From: a virus
Strand: one strand, 5' to 3'
IMG/VR virus record: IMGVR_UViG_3300017766_002493
Location: 56,124 to 120,123 of that record
DNA length: 64,000 nucleotides
The first letter of the stretch is position 1. Each line of letters opens with the position of its first letter. The notes under the pieces are model-generated. The model was not told where the DNA came from. It saw only the letters and a list, made by a program, of their open reading frames with translations, and searched no databases. Both the position numbers and the translations under genes were made by a program. This document shows positions 45,295 through 57,000 of this stretch, piece by piece.

Positions 45295-48200
45295 TTACTT
45301 TCCGCTACCACCTTTGTTTAATTGAGGATTATTTTTAATAGACTGTATAGGATCAAGAGTAGAACCAGTAAATCCAATTGACTTCATAAAGGTTGTCATC
45401 AACTTAGATCCACCTTCTTTTTGCCAAGAGTAAGGACCAGAGTCTTTAGCATATCTAGCTTTAGGATCACCAGTAGCTTCCATATAAAGATACTCGAACA
45501 TCTCCTTATAAGCTTTTAAAGTAGGACCAAATCCTATAGAACTAACATCAGTAAATGTTTGGTAGTAGTTGTTTAATCCTAATCCTGGCCATGGTACAAA
45601 TGTTTCTACTTCGGATCTTACACCCATAGCTAACATAAGAGCATGATTCATCGCCCATCCTCCAGCGTTGAATGGATGATCAGGATCACCAGGTGCAAAC
45701 GGAAATGGTAGTGCACCACTTCTATCTCTAAGTTTTTCAAATCTATCTTCATCTTCTGGATCCCATCCTAATAATGGACATAGTATCAAGTATAAAGCAG
45801 CAAGAGATCCAATCTCCATTAAGAACTTACCCCAAGCTCCTCTTTCTTCTGGAGTCATCCAGCCCCAATATTTAGTACCATACTTAAAAGTTCTATATAA
45901 ACTTTTAATAACACTAACATAGGTACCTTCATCTAGCTCACCTAATGAGTAATTCATCCTACCTCTAGCATTCCCTATAGAACCAGAGAAGCCAAATCTA
46001 TTTACAAACATAGTAGTAAAGTATCTCTTCATCAAAGAGATAAATCTAAATGCCAAATATCTTTGTGCTTCAGGTTGATCAAACGCATCATAAGCACCAT
46101 TAAGCTTCATCTGCACAGTATGAAACTTATTACGGAAAGCTTTGTATTGACTATTGTTAATGGTATACTGTCTATTAGGTTTGATTGTTTTTGAACCAAT
46201 AGAATCTTGAAGATCTTGAACAGACATGTTATACTTAGTTGCTAAAGAATCTAGTGTATCATTTTCATTTGCAACAAACTCAATAGGAGTATTTGACCAT
46301 CTAACATCTATACCATCTTTAAGCTTAAGCTTTCCATCTACTTGTTCCCAAGCATCCATGTATTTAATCTGTTTGCCATTCATTTTAAGCTTTTGCTTAT
46401 ACATCATGCCGGCAAATAAATGTAGGGAAGCTTGTCCCTCTGTCCACTTTCTAAAATTCAACATCCACCCTGTTTCAGCCATATCCTTAGTAAATGTTCT
46501 AGACATAGACTCAGGTAACTTTTCTAACATCCTACCTCTGATTGCATCAAAGCTATCAGCTATTTGCATATTCAAAGGTTTAACTCCATGCTTATATATT
46601 TCTCCAGATATCTGGAACATAGTATTAAATGCCCAACCTTCCCCTTCAATCATAGATGGTGAATCAATATATTTACCACCTGCTGCTTCAATCATAGTCT
46701 GGAACTTAGCACTAAAATAATTCTTCAATGCTGATGGAAAGTTAAGAGCAAAGAAACTCATAGAGGCTCTCTTAAAAATTAGACTAGATATGTTATTCAT
46801 AAACGGCATATCCTTAGTCCAACCTGTAACGTGTTGCCCTTCAAATTCTCTTTCAATAAAATTGTTTACAGCATCTTTCCTAACATATAATCCTTTTTTA
46901 TTCTTGTAGTTAAGTAAACCTCTGTGGAAAAAGTTAAGCTTATCTATTCTCTTCATATCTTTAGGACCATTCTTAGGATCATTAAGCGTTGTCTTAAGAG
47001 CCTGGGCAAAAGGATTTATTTCAATAAGCTTCTTATGTTTCTCAGCAGAGAACATGTATCTCATCATAGACTCATTAAGATCTGTAGACACGTCATCAAT
47101 AGGCATATCATATAAACCAAAAATAGGAACATTGGCTGCTTCATCATTGAACATGTCCAACCTAACTAGCATAGCATCGTCTTCCCATTTATATCCAGAA
47201 CCTTTTTCATCTTTAGCTTTTCTAAAAAAGTTTTGGATCCTTTCCACCATGATATTCAAGAAAGGTAAGCTTCCTGCCGCAGCCATCTTACCAAGTTCTT
47301 TAGCTCTTTTACTACGAAGAACCTCAAGATTATCTTTTCTAAATCTTGGAACATCTAGATACAATCTGCTTCTTCTAGGTAATCCCTCTTGATTTCTAAG
47401 ATGGTGCTCTTTCATTTTTTCAAGAACATCAAAGTGCGCCCTGTCTGTGTTTTTCATATCCAAATAATCCTTGTCGATAAATGGACTATCTTGGATATCT
47501 GTTCTTGGCAACCAGTTACCTTGGTTATCTACAGTAACTCCTACTTCTCTTTTATTTCTATACTTAGGTTTAACAACCTTAGCATAATATTTCAAAGAAG
47601 GAACTCTACCCTGAATAGTTTCTTCTACACCGTCACTATTTTTAAAAGTGAAAGACTCATATAGATTAGGATCAGATGGTCTTGTTGTATTCCAAATATA
47701 TATTCTCTCCCATTTAGAAACATAATCACCAACTTCTTTATCATAGAATTCTCTTTGAATGTGATTGTTTCTAAACCATTCAGCAAACTTAGCAGCATCT
47801 TCACCAGTCTGAGATAATAGATCATCAATAATAGAATTATCTAAGAATCTATTAGATGTGCCTGGAGTAATTGTTCTTGATTGTATTTCTTCATCATTTT
47901 CTAAAACATCTGTGTTAAGTTTAGATAGATGGTTGTTTACAATAGCTGTATAATAATCAGTAGATTCTTTGGTTCTGTAATCCCTAAGTAGAGCAAATAT
48001 AGCATAGAGTCTCTGCTTATCATATTTACTCAAACCTTGGTCATTACTTTTTTCCATAAGAGCATCAAAACTATCTTGCTCGGTTCTAGTAAGCTTTTCT
48101 TTATTAGAAATCTTAGCCCATAATTTACTAAGCTCGTTAGCTTCAGCTTTATCAAGACCAGACAAGTTATCAAAGCTATCCATAGCATCATAGATTTCTA

Positions 48201-51081
48201 GCTGTTTATTTCTAATAAAATCTACGGCGCTTCTATTAAAATCTAAACCATTGATTTGTCTGTCGTCATCTCTACTAGATGCGGCAAGATCTGTAATCTC
48301 CGCCCACATATCTCCTATATTCTTATTCTTTAATTTAGAACTAGGAAGCTTAGACATAATCTCATCAATAGCATTAATCCAACCCTGAACAGTTTCATTG
48401 TACTCTTCTTTAACCATAGTACGGCTATTCTTAGACAGCCAAAGATTTCTCTTCTTGATAAACTCAGCAGAACCTTTAGGTATTTCATTATCAATAAGCT
48501 CTTGTTCAAATTGAGCAAGAGTGTTTTCAAACAAACCAGTTCTCATCTTATCTTCATAGAAAGATTCACCGGTATCAGGATCTTTATTAGCAGCTCTATA
48601 TTCTTTAAGTCTTTTTGCTACCTCGAGGTCTGTGCCTTTTTTACGATCACCATTAAGATCTACCTCAGAGAAGAGTTGTCTATATTCTTTCCAAGCCATA
48701 TCTAACTTGTCAAGAACTAATAACTCATCCATTTGATTAAAGATAGGATCTGATATTTTCTGTATAGCCTCAAGAGCCTTTTTCATCCGATAACTAGCTT
48801 CCTTGCCAATATCGTCTTTCTCAAGCAATTTGTATTTCTCATATACAATAGGTATATATTCCTGATGAAAAAAATCACGCTTAAGTTTTGAGAGAGCAGC
48901 TTCCGCCTCAACGACTTTTTTACTATCATCTTCAAGGTTACTTATCGCAAAAGCTTTCTGTGCTGCATCTATGTCGCGCTTTAATCTATCTATTGCAATT
49001 CTCCATCCCTTGTGTGCAGACTTCAATGTCCATATCTCTTTCTCTTGCCATGCACCATTTTCATCATAGCTACCTAATAATTCTCTATTACACACCTTCT
49101 CTATGAGCTCATTAACATTAGATGGATCATATCCAGCCTTCTCTAACAAGGGCTTCATATCTGCTGCATAATCAGAGAACTTATTCATAGCAGCATTCAT
49201 CACATCTGACATCTGATTCTTCACATATAAAGCAAAGCCTCCGACTACTGGGTCTGTGTTATACATGTAACCCTCGAAGAAAGAGTTAAAGATATTAGCA
49301 TCCTTATACTCACCGTCCAAGGCCATCTCTATTTTTTCTGGAGTAATCTCTGCTCCATCCATAGATTTAATCCTTAGTGAGTCTAACTCTTTTTTCATAG
49401 CAAAACTAGCTTGGCCAGCTTTGTCAGCTTGCTCTAGAATTCTTTTTCTACCTAGTTCTTCTTTAGTTAAGCCATAGTATTCTTTATAGAAACTATCTAT
49501 ATACTTTTCAGAAGCTCCACGCTTCTCTAAGCTTTCAATAGTATCCTCATATTTTTTTCTTAAAGCTTCAGTTTGTAATTTTAACTCATTGTAAATCACA
49601 TCTTTAGCTCCATTTTTATAAAACTTCTTAGCTTTCTTTCTACCAGATTCTATAGATCTTCTTACTGAAGACACCAGACTAGACAAATCTGAATCATCAG
49701 GAACAGATGCATCATCCATAGCATTCATAATATCATGGATAAAATCTTCCCAATATTTTAAAAAGTCATCGTAGTAGAAAGCCTTATGCATATTGTCAAT
49801 GTTATCTACATCCTGGTCAAGTTCATCCATATGAGTATTGATCTTTCTCATCATATTTTGTAACCTGAATATGGTATTTAACATTGCTTCAGCATGAGCT
49901 CTGTTGAAAGCTATACTATCTTTTTTCTCATTTAGAGTATTCTCTATTTGGTTTTTATACTTAGATAGATTTCTTTTAATCTCTTGTAAGTCTCCCCTTT
50001 TATATTCATCTACTAGTAATGGAGCTATCTCATCATAGTTCTTATTCTTTTGAACTCTTTCAATAAACTTGGTAGCTTTATCATATCCGCTTATTGTAGC
50101 ACTAAACAAATCAGGTTTAGATATCTTCATTAAGTCTTGGATCTCATTTTCTCTATCCTTTTGATAAGCAATGAAATCATTCTCTGTTAAAGCTTCTATA
50201 GGTATTTGAAACTCTGATCCCTGCTGAAGCATTTCAACTAAATCAGCCAGGTTAGTGTTTACATCTAACTTTGATATATTTACACCTTTACCAAATATCT
50301 CGCGTAACTTTTGTTTAATAGCATAAAGAATATCTTTTATAGCTTGAACCAAAGTATTAGTAGCCGGTTTAATAGGTGTTTGATTAGCCATCTTACTCAT
50401 GGCTTTAACAATAACCTCCTCTTTAAAATAATCAGTGCCTTCTTCTATATTATAGTTGGCCTTCACCTCATTAATAATTGCTTGACCTTCTACAGTCGCT
50501 GCTACTTTCTCATATAAATTATTAAAAAGTTTTTTATTAGAAACAGCAATAGCTCTAACAAAAGGGTGAGAAAACTCATGAAACACATCATTCATGGTTA
50601 AATTGTCACCTACAAAATAAACAGTATCTCCAACGAAGAAAGCTTTATCTCTAGGGTCCCACTGGCTTTTACCAGTAAGATTTATTGCTTCATCTATGGA
50701 TATAAAAGAATAGCTTAAAGGTTTACCCTCATTTAACAATTGATTTGACATTGCCTGGGCTAGATTAACAAGAGCACCCACAGCCATGTTATTAGAAGAA
50801 GCTGCTACATCTATCTTAGAACCTTTTGCTTCATCACTAAGAGCCATGTTTGTAAACTCTATAGTTGATTGCATATATTTTTCACTAGCTACATCATCTG
50901 ATAAGGTAGCATTCTCATCAATCTTTGGAATTAACTTTACATAAGGCTTCTCTTTAAGTATATCTTCAGCAGATCTTATTTCGCCATCAGTTTCCATGTA
51001 ATCGCGAAAAGCTTCTACTTCGCCTATTTTTTCAACTAAATCTTTCCAATCTTTTGTGTTTTTATTTGGGCAACTAAGCAT
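45295..51081 (-). CDS. Giant virion (ejection/cargo) protein, 1928 aa
   Basis: N-terminal SCPNKN...W..L motif, HEFSH zincin-like motif, LysM-like segment, hydrophobic C-terminal helices; adjacent to the vRNAP as in crAss-like phages. Confidence 0.7.
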   Translation of the reverse strand: MLSCPNKNTKDWKDLVEKIGEVEAFRDYMETDGEIRSAEDILKEKPYVKLIPKIDENATLSDDVASEKYMQSTIEFTNMALSDEAKGSKIDVAASSNNMAVGALVNLAQAMSNQLLNEGKPLSYSFISIDEAINLTGKSQWDPRDKAFFVGDTVYFVGDNLTMNDVFHEFSHPFVRAIAVSNKKLFNNLYEKVAATVEGQAIINEVKANYNIEEGTDYFKEEVIVKAMSKMANQTPIKPATNTLVQAIKDILYAIKQKLREIFGKGVNISKLDVNTNLADLVEMLQQGSEFQIPIEALTENDFIAYQKDRENEIQDLMKISKPDLFSATISGYDKATKFIERVQKNKNYDEIAPLLVDEYKRGDLQEIKRNLSKYKNQIENTLNEKKDSIAFNRAHAEAMLNTIFRLQNMMRKINTHMDELDQDVDNIDNMHKAFYYDDFLKYWEDFIHDIMNAMDDASVPDDSDLSSLVSSVRRSIESGRKKAKKFYKNGAKDVIYNELKLQTEALRKKYEDTIESLEKRGASEKYIDSFYKEYYGLTKEELGRKRILEQADKAGQASFAMKKELDSLRIKSMDGAEITPEKIEMALDGEYKDANIFNSFFEGYMYNTDPVVGGFALYVKNQMSDVMNAAMNKFSDYAADMKPLLEKAGYDPSNVNELIEKVCNRELLGSYDENGAWQEKEIWTLKSAHKGWRIAIDRLKRDIDAAQKAFAISNLEDDSKKVVEAEAALSKLKRDFFHQEYIPIVYEKYKLLEKDDIGKEASYRMKKALEAIQKISDPIFNQMDELLVLDKLDMAWKEYRQLFSEVDLNGDRKKGTDLEVAKRLKEYRAANKDPDTGESFYEDKMRTGLFENTLAQFEQELIDNEIPKGSAEFIKKRNLWLSKNSRTMVKEEYNETVQGWINAIDEIMSKLPSSKLKNKNIGDMWAEITDLAASSRDDDRQINGLDFNRSAVDFIRNKQLEIYDAMDSFDNLSGLDKAEANELSKLWAKISNKEKLTRTEQDSFDALMEKSNDQGLSKYDKQRLYAIFALLRDYRTKESTDYYTAIVNNHLSKLNTDVLENDEEIQSRTITPGTSNRFLDNSIIDDLLSQTGEDAAKFAEWFRNNHIQREFYDKEVGDYVSKWERIYIWNTTRPSDPNLYESFTFKNSDGVEETIQGRVPSLKYYAKVVKPKYRNKREVGVTVDNQGNWLPRTDIQDSPFIDKDYLDMKNTDRAHFDVLEKMKEHHLRNQEGLPRRSRLYLDVPRFRKDNLEVLRSKRAKELGKMAAAGSLPFLNIMVERIQNFFRKAKDEKGSGYKWEDDAMLVRLDMFNDEAANVPIFGLYDMPIDDVSTDLNESMMRYMFSAEKHKKLIEINPFAQALKTTLNDPKNGPKDMKRIDKLNFFHRGLLNYKNKKGLYVRKDAVNNFIEREFEGQHVTGWTKDMPFMNNISSLIFKRASMSFFALNFPSALKNYFSAKFQTMIEAAGGKYIDSPSMIEGEGWAFNTMFQISGEIYKHGVKPLNMQIADSFDAIRGRMLEKLPESMSRTFTKDMAETGWMLNFRKWTEGQASLHLFAGMMYKQKLKMNGKQIKYMDAWEQVDGKLKLKDGIDVRWSNTPIEFVANENDTLDSLATKYNMSVQDLQDSIGSKTIKPNRQYTINNSQYKAFRNKFHTVQMKLNGAYDAFDQPEAQRYLAFRFISLMKRYFTTMFVNRFGFSGSIGNARGRMNYSLGELDEGTYVSVIKSLYRTFKYGTKYWGWMTPEERGAWGKFLMEIGSLAALYLILCPLLGWDPEDEDRFEKLRDRSGALPFPFAPGDPDHPFNAGGWAMNHALMLAMGVRSEVETFVPWPGLGLNNYYQTFTDVSSIGFGPTLKAYKEMFEYLYMEATGDPKARYAKDSGPYSWQKEGGSKLMTTFMKSIGFTGSTLDPIQSIKNNPQLNKGGSGK

Positions 51082-51092
51082 GTTTAAAATTT

Positions 51093-54000
51093 TTAACTAA
51101 GATAACACTTTCTCATAAATTCTAATACCTGTTCATCAGAAATAGGTTGTTTAGATTGAATAACTTTTTTACCAGCTGTAGTTCTATCATAATTCTTATT
51201 AACATATCCAAACTTTTCATATAGCACTTTGGATAAATATAAGAATGTTTGAGGAGCGGTATACTTTGTTCTTATAGCATCTATAACCGGTTGGCTTTTT
51301 GCATCTTCTGGAACATTGCTAATCCAAGCTTGACCATAACCATTGCTAGAGAAAATTGGTATTTTTCCGCTATCTACAATAGCTTTTACCATCTCATCTA
51401 TTTTATCTACTATCTCTTTATTTGGTCCACCATTTTCATCTTTAATTAAAGATGACACAGTAGTATTATTAATTGAATATCTAGCATCAGGTGAACCTAT
51501 CTTATTTGATTGTGGTAAGTTTTTAAAAGCTTGATCATTTTTACCACCAATTGCAGTAGACTTATCTAAGAAAGCATCTGGATAAACAAATATTAAATCT
51601 GAATTTTCAGATAATAATTCTTGAGCATATTGAGCATTCATAATCTTAGATGCTTTATAAACCATACCACCAGATGATTGTGTAGTAATCATAGACTCAG
51701 CTTCTTCTTTAGATATGGTAGTTGTAAAAGTAGGCTTCATAACATAATCTTTGAATCTATCTTTTAAAGCTTTTCTAGTTATAGAGTTTTGTGATACAAA
51801 CATCTTGTAATAAGATTCTAAAAAGTTATATGATAGCTTTTGTGTAGCATCTTTTACTGGCTTCTCCATTAATCTTATGTAGCCATCTTGAGGCATCAAC
51901 CTAGTAAAAGAGAATTTGGTATTAGTGTTAAGACCAGATTGTAAAAAGGCAACATGGGTAAGCTTAGTAAAGAACTCGCTGATAAACTTATTGGCTTCTG
52001 GATCTTCTACTTTTTTAACTGTAGGATTTTGTAAATCTAACATCTGCTCATAGAAACTATTAAGCTCTTCAGTATCATTAAGATTACCGATTAGCTGAAT
52101 ATTAGAATACCTATCTTTTTTATTTACTATTGTAGTGTTTGTTCCAAGAACTTTTAACACAGGATACTTTTCTAATAAATCATCTTCAGCAAACTTAGTT
52201 TTGATAATGTTTAACTTATCTGCAAAAGTATTATCTCCTTTAAATAAAGCAGCGTTATTGTAGATATTAGTCAAAGCTTTATCTCTTAAAAATGTTTCAA
52301 AAGCTTCCTTCTTAACTTTGTTTATCGGATCTGCTATATCCCAATCATACTTATTGATTAAGTAATCTAAAGCTGTAGCATGAGAGGGCTCATTAAGCTC
52401 TGTATAATATAAGATGTCTTTGTTTTTTAACTCGCCAGATTTTAATTGATTTCTTATCCATTGTCTTCTAGCAGGTTGAACTTCTTCATATTGATAACCA
52501 TTTCTTAAATCTACATCTGATATATAAACCTCACCTGTTACTTGGTCAATTAAATCATAACGGTTATTATCATTTATCATCCACAAAGAAGTCTGTGGAG
52601 CTTTTTCTCTTCTACCAGTTTCATTATTATAAAACTCTTTAAATGTAGAATTAGTTGTAAAAAACTCAGTAGGTAATTTTTTTGACTTAGCAACATAAGA
52701 ATTAAACATTGCTATGTCTTGATCATTTACCTTTCTTGATTGTTTTACAAAGTCTCCATTTAAAACCCAATTGATAAATCTTTCAACGCTTTCTTTTGTT
52801 GATGCTGTTCTAATGGTACCTGAAGTATCCTTAGAATCATAAGGATTACCAAAGTGCTCATTGCTTTTACTATTTCTTAAAGCATTGATGTTTCCATCTG
52901 GTAGTATGCCTCCTTTATTAGATAACTCAGATAAAGGTTTAAGAACTACTTTTCCAGCAATTGTTTTATTACCTAAAGCTGAATAAATCTTTTGAGCTTC
53001 TTCTGTTACCTCATAAGAATCTTCTGTTGGTTCAACAAGAGGTTCTACAGTAGGAGATGTCCATCTAGAATAACCATCTAGTTTTTCTTCTGTATATCCT
53101 TTTGCTTTTAAATATTCAGCTACAAGAGCATCTCCATAATTACCTTTAAAATATTCTCCTTTTTTTATTTTTTCTAATGATGTATCTTTATCAACACCTT
53201 TCTCATAGTTATTACCTATACGGAAAGATGCACCAGCTTTTACAGCTTCATCAAGTAAAGGTTTATATTTAGTTAAAAATGTTGTTTTTATAGCTGGAGC
53301 TTCTTCATCTAAAGATACTCCACCTCTACCAAATGTACCACTACTACTAACCATAATAACTGAGTTAGATGAATATTTACCAGTATTAGCTTTAAAGCCC
53401 CAACCGGCAGCATATTTATTAGTACTAGATGGTGTACCTTGTCTAGATACAGTACCATATCCTATAAACTGACCATCGGCACTATCAATAGCTTCCTGTG
53501 CCATCTGAATATCTTTAGCAGCATTACCATACATGTCTGTAGGTTTTACTCCAGCTTCTGTTAAAGGATTAGCTTTAGCAACTTTTTTAATAGGTCTACT
53601 TACTTTTACTAGCTCTCTTTTCTTTAAATCATTTTTTTGTAAATCTGATAATAAGTTTTGATAAAGAGCTTGAAACTCTGGATTGTTTTCCAAAGAAGAA
53701 ACATTCTTATACATGTTTCTTAAGTATTCTCTTTCAAATACAAAGTGGAAATATTCATTAGCTGAATCAAAAGTATCTAGACTTACTTTAGCTAAGCCTA
53801 AATTTTCATAAGCTTCTGTAGCATAAAGGCTCTTATCAAACTGATTAGCTAGTGTCTTTTTATCCAAGTAGATAGTCCCATCTTTCACGAACACACCAAT
53901 ACCTAAGTAAGACAATTGTTCTACTGTTGTAGCTGCTTCTTTTACATTAGTATCTATAATAAGTTGGCCTTTGTAAGATTTAATATTTCTTATATCAAAA

Positions 54001-57000
54001 TCTTTCAAAGCATTTTGATATATCATACTTATTAAATCATTTCTAAAGCTATTAACAAAAGATTCTGAGTCTCCAAAAGTTGATTGAACATCATCATAAA
54101 ACTGTTGATTACCCATCTTATCAATGATAAACTGGTTAAACACTTCATGATTTCTCAACTTAAATAAAGGTTCCCATATTTGAGTTTGAAACTCAGATAT
54201 ATAGAAACTACTAATAGGAGAATTCTCTAGTATCTTATCTACTATATCTGTAGGTATTCTATCGTTTTCTTTTAGCTTAGCAATTATAGCTGTTCTATTC
54301 TGAGCTTCAAAGATGTTACTGTCTTTGCTTGTATCAAAGTTCATAGCCTTCTTAACATCTTTAACTGCTTTGGCCATGTCTTCTAATTCAAAATAGTGTA
54401 ACAACACAGCTTTCTCATAGTCGCTGATTTCTTTATTAGGATCCTCTTTGTAATCTACTATATTTTTATATAGAGTACTAGGATTCATTTTATTGTTGTT
54501 ATCTCTAAAAGCTCTATCTGTTTCATCTACAGTGAACTCTTGTATTCTCGGTTTACTAAATAAAGCATTAGTAGCAATCTCTATACCTTCTGATCCATTT
54601 TTAACATAAGCTTCCTCTTTTGCTTCATCACTTAGAATAAACTTTTCAGGAAAATATTTCTCCAACATTTTCTTTTTAGCATCAAACTGTATAAATCCTC
54701 TACTCTTAGATTCATTACCCATAATAGGAGAAAAAGTACTTTGACGTAATCTTTGTTCTTCAACATATTCTCTAATGATAGGTTGAGAAACCATGTACAC
54801 AGCTGTTCTTAAAGGAACACCTGCTTGTACCATGAATAACAAAGTAGGAGTAATCTCTCTATTACCTTGTAAGTTAAAGATCCATGCATCCTTAGCAACA
54901 TCCACCCAACCATTTATCAATTGAGATATAACATCGCTAATACTATTTTCTTTATTGTAGTCATATAAATCAGAAAGAGAAATACACTCTTTACCATCGA
55001 CCATCATTTTATTATGATCAGCTAATATGGTTTGTCTTACTTTTGTAGTTTTTTTATTGTTACTATATCTAACAATAGCTGTAGGATTCATGTAGGCACC
55101 AACACGATTAAATATAGCATTCATAGTGTTGTCTACAGCACCGATACCTAATACAGCTTTACCAATATTGTTATTAGCATGTTTAAATAAATTGTATCCA
55201 ACTTCTAATACACGAGTACCACTCATAACAGATGGATCTTCTTTTAAAAAATCAAGTTGATCTTTTGAAGCAGTGCCCATCAAATTATCTTTCTGGTTAT
55301 ACTGGTTTACGAAGTAGGATAAATCATCGGCTATAGGCTGAGCTATGTCAGTACTATTAGGAGTAATCAAAGCAACAAAGTTACTAGGTAACTCTAACAT
55401 CTCTTTGATATTAAATAACAAGTCATTCTCAATACCTTTGGTAGAAGTTGCATCTAACTCTTCTTTTAATTTTGCAATTTCTTCATTAGCTTTTTGAATA
55501 TCTTGTTCTTCTTTTTCTCTAAGCTGTCTAACTTTATCACTGTAAAAAGTAGATTTATAGAATTCTTTATTATCAGAGAAATCTTTAAATAAAGATTCTT
55601 TCTTAGCTGTAAGATTAATAATCTGTTCTTCTATTTCTAAAAACTCTGAAGATGTATAATACTTAGCACCTTGTTCTCTGCGTAACTTTTCCCAAGAATC
55701 TTTAAGAGGATTAAGTTGATCATTAATCTCTTTTAATCTAGAACCATATTCTTGTTTAAGCTTTTCAATAAGAGCTTTCTCTTCTTCGGTTAAAACTTTA
55801 AAAGCTTTGCTTTCTTTGTCTTCTTTAAACCATTCTTCATACATAATCTTAATATTAAGCTTATTCTCATAAGCTTTATTAAGACTTTCCTGTATATCTT
55901 TTTTGGTTCTCTTATTTTTAGGATCAAACTTAATAAGCTTTACCTCATTATTGTAGACACCTATGTTAGGCATCATAACAGTAAGCTTATCAATATCAAA
56001 GTCAGACCCTGATTTAGCAACAATCTCTGCTGGTGGTACAATAATATTACCCGCATTCTCCGGTAGGAACTCATACACCTCCATAAACTCGGCAGAGTTG
56101 ATACCTTGCACCGGGATCCTTACACCAACCATTGTTAATAGTTTGCGATTGTCTTCTTTATCTAACCATTTTTCATCTTTGATTAAAATATTTAAAGCAT
56201 CTATCTTAGGTATTTGACGCTCCTTAGCTAAATCATTTACATCTTTAAGATTCAAAAGCTTTTTAAAGTTACCTTGTAAAGCAACTTTTACTTTCATAGC
56301 TGCCGTTGTACCATCAGCTTTCTTATAATATGTAGGTAAATCATTTGTACCCCACTTTTTAAGCTCTTCTTCTGTAGCAGCTCTAGCACCTAACCAAGCA
56401 TTCTTAGTTTCAAATCCTGCACCAGATATTTGAATAAGCCCTTCACCATTAATCTTTTGTTTGATTAATCTGTTTGTAACAATACTATTTAGTAACTTTT
56501 CAATCTTGTTAGCAGAACTTGACATTGATAAATCATGCTTAAGCTTTTTACCTCCAGATGCTAAATCAACAAAATCAATTTCATGTTGAGCAAGATCTTC
56601 TCTAGTTAATTCTTTTCTAACAAACTTAACAAGATCTTCTATGCTTCCTTTTGGAACACCACTAACCATTTTCCAATCCATCTCTTCAAGGAGCTCTTCT
56701 TTTTTCTGCTTAGTCAAAAGCTTAAGATTATCCTCGTATTTTTTGTATATGGTATAGTTTTTAGATTTTCTTTTTCTTTCTGCTTCAGATTTAATATCAT
56801 CCCATTGTTCTCTGGTACCTTTGAAATCTGTTGGTACACCATTTTCAATTAAACCATTTTCAATTAACTTTCTAAGCTGTGTAGAGAAAGTAACTTTATT
56901 CTTATACTTAGGAGCAATGTTTAACTGATTCTTTAAGTAATTTAAGAATATAGAATTCTTAGTAAATGGTTCTGAACTTATGGTTCTATTATCATCTGAA

